From an uncultured bacterium (GTDB taxonomy: Bacteria > Omnitrophota > Omnitrophia > Omnitrophales > Aquincolibacteriaceae), in assembly GCA_964434115.1 (NCBI GenBank), contig CAYSSX010000006.1:70770-134769 (forward strand): 64,000 nucleotides of DNA, given 5' to 3'. A model generated the notes under the pieces. That model ran no database searches. It was not told the origin of the DNA and worked only from the letters and a program-made list of their open reading frames with translations. Positions within the stretch are counted from its first letter, which is position 1. The number at the start of each line of letters is the position of its first letter. The position numbers and the translations under genes are program-made. This document shows positions 58,398-64,000 of the stretch, in pieces.

Positions 58398-59340
58398 AGT
58401 CGGTATTCTTCTCGGGGGAACCTCACCCGAAAGGGAAGTGTCCCTACGCTCCGGCAAAGCGGTCGAAGCGGCTTTGCGCGGCGCAGGGTTTGACACGACA
58501 CTTCTTGATCCCGCCGATTTGAGTAGTCTCCACAATGGCCTTGAAGAAATCGACGCCGCATTTGTCGCGCTGCATGGTACGGGCGGGGAAGATGGAACCA
58601 TTCAACGTCTGCTTGAAAGAAAAAAAATCCCCTACACAGGTTCTGCTCCCCTGGGATGCCGGTTATCAATCAATAAATACCGCGCTAAAAATATTTTCCG
58701 TAAGACGGGTATTCCCACCCCGGAATCAAAACTGATCACGCTGTCAAACTGGGAGAAAAGCTTGAAACATTTTCCAGTTCCCTTTTTTGTAAAACCTCCG
58801 GAGGATGGCTCGAGTTTAGGTATTTTCCTTGTCGAGGATTTTAAATCGGCCAAAGGGAAAATTAAGGAAGCCCTTCGCCGTTATGGGAAGCTGCTGATTG
58901 AACGGCGAATTCAGGGGCGCGAGTTCACGGTCGGTGTGTTTGGCACGAAGGCCTTACCGGTTGTGGAGCTTCGTCCCAAAGCCGACTTTTATGACTATCA
59001 ATCCAAGTACACCAAGGGGATGTGTGAGTATTTAGTCCCTGCGCCGATTGCACCCGGGTTGACGCGGAAGCTGCAGCGATTAGGGCTTGCGGTGCATAAA
59101 GCCCTTAAGCTTCGTGATTTTTCCCGTACCGATATTATGGTCGACGAAAAGGGCAGCCCTTATGTTCTCGAAGCAAACGCAATTCCGGGGTTCACAGAGC
59201 TAAGCCTTGTTCCTAAAGCCGCGGCGTGCGCCGGGATTTCATTTCAGCAGCTTTGTCTCGAGCTTCTTTCTTCGGCTCTTAAGAGGGGGCAAAAAAAAGG
59301 CAGAAAAAATCAGGAGAGGAAGGTTCTTGTTCATGGCTAA
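58345..59340 (+). CDS. ddl: D-alanine--D-alanine ligase
   Basis: ATP-grasp. N-terminal VGILLGGTSPEREVSL. C-terminal EANAIPGFTELS. The start overlaps murB by ~50 nt and is uncertain. Confidence 0.85.
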   Translation: MPKASGSNPKSVLSKNLKVGILLGGTSPEREVSLRSGKAVEAALRGAGFDTTLLDPADLSSLHNGLEEIDAAFVALHGTGGEDGTIQRLLERKKIPYTGSAPLGCRLSINKYRAKNIFRKTGIPTPESKLITLSNWEKSLKHFPVPFFVKPPEDGSSLGIFLVEDFKSAKGKIKEALRRYGKLLIERRIQGREFTVGVFGTKALPVVELRPKADFYDYQSKYTKGMCEYLVPAPIAPGLTRKLQRLGLAVHKALKLRDFSRTDIMVDEKGSPYVLEANAIPGFTELSLVPKAAACAGISFQQLCLELLSSALKRGQKKGRKNQERKVLVHG

Positions 59341-60151
59341 AGCCAAAAAAGCAAAGCGTAAAAAGAAAAATCCTTTTGAACCCTTAGTGGAAGTAATTTC
59401 CGGAACATTTTCGCTGGCTCTAAAAATCCTTCCGGCCATGCTGGTCGCCGGAGTTTTTTCGGGGCTGTTCTTTGGCGTCCGGCATCTCCTTTATGCGGAT
59501 CCCCAATTAACGGTGAGGGACATCGTGGTGTCTCCGGCGCCTGCCATGGCCAATGGACGCCGCCAGGATCTTGAAACAAAGCTCCTTGGCAAAAATATTC
59601 TGCGAATCGACTTGAAAAAAATCGCCGCAGACTTAGAATCCAATCCTGAAATTCAAAGTGCCCGGGTGGAGCGCCAGATGCCATCGACGCTGAAGGTTGA
59701 GCTTGTTTCCCGGAAACCCATAGCGTTTGTGCAGTTTTCTTCAAATGGATCCGTAGGCTCCATTTCTGAAGATGGAATGATTCTCAATGTTTTTAAAAGC
59801 AGTGATCATTCCCTTGTGACTATTGAAGCCTATGGTATGGGGCTTAAAGAGCCTCAGGTGGGCTATCAGATCCGAAACCGCGGTTTTTCTGAGGCGGTCA
59901 AGTTTCTTCAGGCCTTTTGGGAGCACCCTCTCTCAAAGCGGGAAATTTTGACAAGGGTCAGCCTGGATCATTTAGGACAGGTTTCCATTACGCTGGGTGC
60001 GGGACCGGATATCCGGCTCGGCCGCCGGGCTTCAAGCCGGATCCCTACACTTGAAAAGATTATTTACCTGCTCGAGGGCGGGGACCGGGAAACGATTCAA
60101 TACATTGACCTTCAATTTGATAACGTTATTGTGAAGAGAAAAAAAACATGA
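59333..60151 (+). CDS. ftsQ: cell division protein FtsQ/DivIB (POTRA) with Lys-rich cytoplasmic N-tail
   Basis: ATG at 59333 overlapping the ddl end by 8 nt. N-tail MAKAKKAKRKKKNPF. TM helice AMLVAGVFSGLFFGV. POTRA region LRIDLKKIAADLESNPEIQSARVERQMPSTLKVELVSRKPIA. Confidence 0.7.
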   Translation: MAKAKKAKRKKKNPFEPLVEVISGTFSLALKILPAMLVAGVFSGLFFGVRHLLYADPQLTVRDIVVSPAPAMANGRRQDLETKLLGKNILRIDLKKIAADLESNPEIQSARVERQMPSTLKVELVSRKPIAFVQFSSNGSVGSISEDGMILNVFKSSDHSLVTIEAYGMGLKEPQVGYQIRNRGFSEAVKFLQAFWEHPLSKREILTRVSLDHLGQVSITLGAGPDIRLGRRASSRIPTLEKIIYLLEGGDRETIQYIDLQFDNVIVKRKKT

Positions 60152-61398
60152 ATGTTGCTGAAAAATCGCCTGCAAACGTGGAAATTGTGTTTTACGTCGG
60201 GACTCATAAACTGTCCGTCTTTACCGGAGTCATTCAAGGCCGGGATCCCAGGGTTTTAGCCCACCGGGAAGTGTTTCAGCCGGAAGGTTTTGAAAATGGC
60301 TTTGTGGTGAATCTTGAAGCAGCTGCCAATACGCTGGACCGCCTGATCTCTGACATTCTTCCCGCCCGCGGCAATGAAGAGATTGAAGCCTCAGTTGTGC
60401 TGGCGAATGCCAAACTTCAGGCTTACAGTTTTTCGAGTGCTCAGTATTTTTCGTCCCAGCAGACAGTCACGGAGCATGAAGTCCGTTCCGTGATTGACCA
60501 AACACGCAGTGTGGCGACGCTTCCTCTTTCTCAATTTGTTCTTCAAGTGGTTCCTGAAAGCTTCCTTGTCAACGACATGGATGATGTTAGAAATCCTCTG
60601 GGGCTTGAAGCCACACGCCTTGGAGTCAACCTCAAGATTTTCACCATGGATTTTCAGGACTTCAAAAATATCTCCAAAGCCTTCGAGTCTGCGGACATTA
60701 CCGTGAGAGGCTTTTGGCCGCGTATGCTGACGGTGTCAGAGGCCGTTTTGACGGAAGAAGAAAAGGAAGAAGGCGTGATCCTTGTGGATATTGCCGACCA
60801 CATTACTCAGGTGGTGGTTTGGAAAAACGGCAAGCTTGTGCGAACCCGGAGTCTTGAGAACGGCGGAAAGCTTTTGACTCAGGGAATCTCCCGCGATTGG
60901 GAAATTGACTTTCATGACGCTCAAAAAGCTAAAGAACACTTTGCAACACTCGAGCCGGCGGCTCAGTTTGGCGACGAGTTGATCCCGCTGGTTAATCGCA
61001 ACGGGCGTTCGAGTTTTCAAATCAAGCGGCAGGAATTTCAGGACAAGTTTCTCATTCATGCCACCGAGTGGCTGAAAAGCATCCTCCATGAAGTCGATGT
61101 CATGGCCAAGGACGAAAAAATTAATTATCCGCATTATGTCTTCACCGGCGGCGGTGTGTCCTTTGCGGGGTTTCTTGAATTTCTTCAGCAGCGGTTTGGC
61201 CGCGAGGCCCGTGTGGGATTAAGCCGGAAAATGGAAGCCCCGCAAGAAGTGCTGGTGGACCCTTCACTCATTGCTGCTCTCGGGATGTACCGCTGGTTGG
61301 CGGGGCATGCCAAGGATTACGAAAACCTTCTCGCTCCGCGGGGAGTTTTCAAAAAGACACTGACTTCTGCCAAAAAGTGGTTTTACACCTACTTTTAA
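60148..61398 (+). CDS. ftsA: cell division protein FtsA (actin-like ATPase)
   Basis: ATGA-coupled to ftsQ. 416 aa. SHS2 insert region and a C-terminal amphipathic tail. No ftsZ follows. Confidence 0.85.
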   Translation: MNVAEKSPANVEIVFYVGTHKLSVFTGVIQGRDPRVLAHREVFQPEGFENGFVVNLEAAANTLDRLISDILPARGNEEIEASVVLANAKLQAYSFSSAQYFSSQQTVTEHEVRSVIDQTRSVATLPLSQFVLQVVPESFLVNDMDDVRNPLGLEATRLGVNLKIFTMDFQDFKNISKAFESADITVRGFWPRMLTVSEAVLTEEEKEEGVILVDIADHITQVVVWKNGKLVRTRSLENGGKLLTQGISRDWEIDFHDAQKAKEHFATLEPAAQFGDELIPLVNRNGRSSFQIKRQEFQDKFLIHATEWLKSILHEVDVMAKDEKINYPHYVFTGGGVSFAGFLEFLQQRFGREARVGLSRKMEAPQEVLVDPSLIAALGMYRWLAGHAKDYENLLAPRGVFKKTLTSAKKWFYTYF

Positions 61399-61401
61399 TT
61401 C

Positions 61402-63360
61402 TCAAGCCCGAAGTTGTTTCTCCGCATCCACAATATCCCGGTTAATCAGAAAAATTGCCTTCTGTGCTGTTGCCGCCAGCGGCGGCGGCGTGTGTGCGGC
61501 ATGATGGAGCTCCCTCAAGAGTTGAATCACCATCCGGATATTCCGGATGAGCTCGCCTTCGTCTGCGGTGGTGAGGCGGAATAATTTATCGAACTCCTGC
61601 CCGTGAGCCCAAGCCTCCAGGACCGGCGCCATATGAAAGTGGGGTGCCTTTGTGAGCGGATAAATCCGGTACTTCATTTCCTTCCTGTAAATAGAATCAT
61701 GATATTCCAGGGCAATGCGTTCCATTTTTTTCATGGAAGGGGACAGCCGGGGTTCATGGGCGTCCTTGCGCGGTTCAAAAACAAAGGACGATAGTAAAAC
61801 GCACAGCTGTACAGGATTCAAGGTTGATAAAACACCGCCCTCGTGCATTTCCGCAAGCATAAACTCATAACCAAAAAGCGATGCGGCAAATTCCCCTTTT
61901 TCTGTGAGACCCGCGTTTGTCAAGTACCCCATGTCCCGCAGCAGGGCCAGTTTTCGCTCCAGTAAATGCCGCGCTTCCTTTTGCTTTTTGTTTGAAGATT
62001 GAAAACAATGAAGGGATCTGGGATAAATGTCCAGAAGTCCGTAACGCATGGCCCTGAAAAGGTTAAGGATAGTTGCATAGGCGGCGTTAAACTGACTTAA
62101 AATAGGTTCCGGGTCACCGTAAACCACGCGCGTCACTTCGGGAAAGGCGATGTGGTTAGGATTAATCCGCATGTAGACAAAGCCCGAATCATCCATACCC
62201 CGGCGGCCAGCACGGCCCGCCATTTGGTAAAAGTCACGCGTGGTCAGGTTTTTGAAGCCAGTTCCATAGAACTTTTGAAGCTCGTCAAAGACGACACTGC
62301 GTGCCGGCATATTGATTCCCAGGGCGAAAGTTTCGGTTGTGAAGATCAGCTTAAGCAGGCGGCTCGTAAAAATTTGTTCGACCACCTCTTTCAGGCTGGG
62401 CAGCATGCCCGCATGATGATAGGCGATCCCAAGCTCAACTAAGGGTCTGAGCTCGTGAGCGGATTTTTCCTCTGTCAGCTGATAGCGTTCGAGAAGCTGA
62501 TCATAAAGGGCCAGGATTTGTTTCCGTTCCTCTTTGCCCAAAAAATTAAAAAGCATCGCCTCTGTGGCCAAAGACTCCGCGCGTTTTCTTCCGAAAACAA
62601 AGTAAATGCAGGGTAAGTGCTCCTTTTGTTTCAAAACCTCAAGCAGGTGATCGACCCGGTTGGGCTTGACCTTATGGGTGGGCGGTCCTCGGTGACGTCT
62701 GTGAACGTTTTGCCAGTGCTCCCTGCCTCCGTAGCCCCAACGCTTGAGGTCGCTGCGTTCTTCAAAAAATTGACCCTGGCATTGAAAGGTAAATTTGAGG
62801 GGGACGGGCCTCCGGCTTTCCGTTACAACCTTAATCGGATGCCCGTGAACCTGACGCATCCATTCCGCCATTTCCTGAATGTTGGGTACCGTTGCGCTTA
62901 ATGCGAGCATGCGAATATTGGCAGGAGTAAAAAGAATGGCCTCTTCCCAGACCGTACCCCGTTCGGGATCATTAAGGTAGTGAATTTCGTCAAAAATAAC
63001 CCAACCGGTCCGCCGGATGCGATCGGAGTTTTCAAAGAGGGAATTACGGTAGATCTCTGTGGTCATGATCACGATAGGAGCGTCGGGCTGAAGGGAAACA
63101 TCGCCCGTGACGATGCCGACATCGCCCGGGTAAAGCTCCTTAAAGTCGCGGTATTTTTGATTGCTCAGGGCTTTGATGGGCGCCGTGTAGATAACGCCCA
63201 GTCCTTGACTTCGGGCATGGCGGATGACGCATTCGGCGATAACGGTTTTACCCGCACCTGTCGGAGCAGAAACGAGAACCGACGAATCTTCAAGCACGCC
63301 ACGAATGGCTTCTTCCTGAAAAGGATCCAACGGAAACGGATAGTCAAAAGAAAGCGGCAT
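61402..63360 (-). CDS. Ski2-like DEAD/DEAH-box helicase (HelY/Lhr-type SF2)
   Basis: The ATG at 63360 (MPLSFDYPFPLDPFQEEAIRG) is preferred over the track start 63420. Q-motif DPFQ. Walker A APTGAGKT. DEIH box. SAT. Motif VI QMAGRAGRRGMD. C-terminal Ski2-like helical region. Confidence 0.8.
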   Translation of the reverse strand: MPLSFDYPFPLDPFQEEAIRGVLEDSSVLVSAPTGAGKTVIAECVIRHARSQGLGVIYTAPIKALSNQKYRDFKELYPGDVGIVTGDVSLQPDAPIVIMTTEIYRNSLFENSDRIRRTGWVIFDEIHYLNDPERGTVWEEAILFTPANIRMLALSATVPNIQEMAEWMRQVHGHPIKVVTESRRPVPLKFTFQCQGQFFEERSDLKRWGYGGREHWQNVHRRHRGPPTHKVKPNRVDHLLEVLKQKEHLPCIYFVFGRKRAESLATEAMLFNFLGKEERKQILALYDQLLERYQLTEEKSAHELRPLVELGIAYHHAGMLPSLKEVVEQIFTSRLLKLIFTTETFALGINMPARSVVFDELQKFYGTGFKNLTTRDFYQMAGRAGRRGMDDSGFVYMRINPNHIAFPEVTRVVYGDPEPILSQFNAAYATILNLFRAMRYGLLDIYPRSLHCFQSSNKKQKEARHLLERKLALLRDMGYLTNAGLTEKGEFAASLFGYEFMLAEMHEGGVLSTLNPVQLCVLLSSFVFEPRKDAHEPRLSPSMKKMERIALEYHDSIYRKEMKYRIYPLTKAPHFHMAPVLEAWAHGQEFDKLFRLTTADEGELIRNIRMVIQLLRELHHAAHTPPPLAATAQKAIFLINRDIVDAEKQLRA

Positions 63361-63428
63361 GGAAGTGCATGATAACGGGAAGCTTGAAACGCTGGAAGAG
63401 TTTTTTATTTCAGGGTACACTTTGCGCT

Positions 63429-64000
63429 ATGAAAAAAAGAACAAGACCTGCTGCATTAACGATTGCGGGGTCCGACCCTTCGGGCGGTGCCGGAATTCAG
63501 GCCGATTTAAAGACTTTTCATCAGGCGGGTGTTTACGGAATGAGCGTGGTCACGCTTGTAACGGTTCAAAACACCTGCTCGGTTCGGGATGTTCACATTC
63601 TTTCTGCAGACCTTGTCCGCCGCCAGCTTGAGGCCGTTCTAACGGATATTCCTCCCGCGGCAGCAAAAACCGGCGCTCTTGGAAGCCGGGAAGTCATTCA
63701 GCTTATCGCTAAGGCGGCCCGGGACTTTCGCTTTCCGCTTGTTGTAGATCCCGTGATGATCAGTAAGCACGGGGCGCCTCTGATGCAGGAAAATGCCTGT
63801 GAAGCGCTTATCACAGAACTCTTGCCCCAAGCTTTTTTGGTCACACCGAACCTTCCTGAGGCGGTACGTTTAACGGGAATTTCTTGTGAAAGTGCTGCCT
63901 CTTTTGATCCGATGGCCAGAAAAATAGCCTCGTTTGGTCCCAAAGCCGTCCTTATCAAAGGCGGGCATTTTGAAGGTGAAGCTGCCGATTACCTTTATGA
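63429..64000 (+). CDS. thiD: hydroxymethylpyrimidine/phosphomethylpyrimidine kinase (partial, 3' end beyond window)
   Basis: Not in the ORF track because there is no stop in the window. ATG at 63429. N-terminus ALTIAGSDPSGGAGIQADLKTFHQAGVYGMSVVT is the canonical ThiD/PdxK opening. Divergent from the helicase with a 68-bp spacer. Confidence 0.85.
   Translation, partial: MKKRTRPAALTIAGSDPSGGAGIQADLKTFHQAGVYGMSVVTLVTVQNTCSVRDVHILSADLVRRQLEAVLTDIPPAAAKTGALGSREVIQLIAKAARDFRFPLVVDPVMISKHGAPLMQENACEALITELLPQAFLVTPNLPEAVRLTGISCESAASFDPMARKIASFGPKAVLIKGGHFEGEAADYLY

Noticed and set aside
63361-63428. Possible TPP riboswitch upstream of thiD
   Set aside because: Only 68 bp separate the divergent helicase and thiD starts. 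This is too short for a ~100-nt THI element, and no conserved CUGAGA/ACCUGAUCUGG-like core is seen.
63359-63631. 90-aa ORF on plus strand
   Set aside because: It overlaps the well-supported thiD reading frame (63429 onward) in a different frame and has no motifs.
1-64000. tRNA, rRNA, CRISPR, integrase or transposase genes
   Set aside because: All intergenic regions over 80 bp were scanned by eye for T-loop-like GTTCGAATC/GTTCAAATC cores, repeat-spacer periodicity and recombinase motifs. None were found.

Overview
This 64-kb window is a mostly co-directional, core-like chromosomal segment of a Gram-negative bacterium. Evidence for that placement: LpxD, Wza/Wzc-type polysaccharide export and a Pal-like OmpA lipoprotein. 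GC content was not computed. There are no integrases, transposases, CRISPR arrays, tRNAs or rRNAs.

Gene content in order:
- 65-4508: a three-gene exopolysaccharide module, Wza-like exporter, Wzc-like BY-kinase and an O-antigen-ligase-like protein fused to TPR.
- 4648-7494: Fe-S and folate housekeeping genes, cysteine desulfurase, Mrp/ApbC and FolE.
- 7495-8544 (minus strand): lpxD, convergent with folE.
- 8705-11847: an accessory-looking block of small, secreted or lipoproteins. It holds an FmdB zinc ribbon, a YwqK-like MORN lipoprotein and a DUF3131-like secreted protein. It ends with a 21-codon lysine-rich peptide gene that was not in the ORF track and a bidirectional terminator.
- 12104-18746: aldehyde dehydrogenase followed by a five-gene peptide/nickel-type ABC transporter.
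- 18743-21096: four uncharacterised proteins translationally coupled to the transporter.
- 21181-25643: mutS-mutL.
- 25662-41960: signalling and miscellaneous genes. These include a CBS-pair protein, a CheY-like receiver, a DUF4301-like protein, an IGHMBP2/Upf1-like SF1 helicase, an HAD hydrolase, a FecR-domain protein, a large REC-GAF-PAS-GGDEF-EAL protein, an FAD oxidoreductase, a CDF transporter with an OmpR/HK pair, a PtsN-like EIIA, secreted proteins and a trypsin-like protease.
- 42205-45498: an overlapping operon of an Arch_ATPase/DUF234-like ATPase, a HIT protein and a dGTPase-like HD hydrolase.
- 45588-47162: a GAF-HD-GYP protein.
- 47292-61398: an atypical dcw cluster, Pal-like lipoprotein, bitopic protein, then murE-murF-mraY-murD-ftsW-murG-murC-murB-ddl-ftsQ-ftsA. 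It lacks mraZ, rsmH, ftsL and ftsI upstream, and lacks ftsZ downstream.
- 61402-63360 (minus strand): a Ski2-like DEAD/DEAH helicase that ends the dcw cluster.
- 63429-64000: a partial thiD, not in the ORF track.

The most unusual items are these:
- the tiny Lys/Ala-rich peptide gene with an IR hairpin in its leader;
- the dcw cluster lacking ftsZ and ftsI, with Pal-like and bitopic proteins coupled in;
- the ATPase-HIT-dNTPase operon;
- the uncharacterised four-gene block between the ABC transporter and mutSL.

No canonical defence system or mobile element is visible. No strong, self-evident novel system is seen, and the candidates above are modest.
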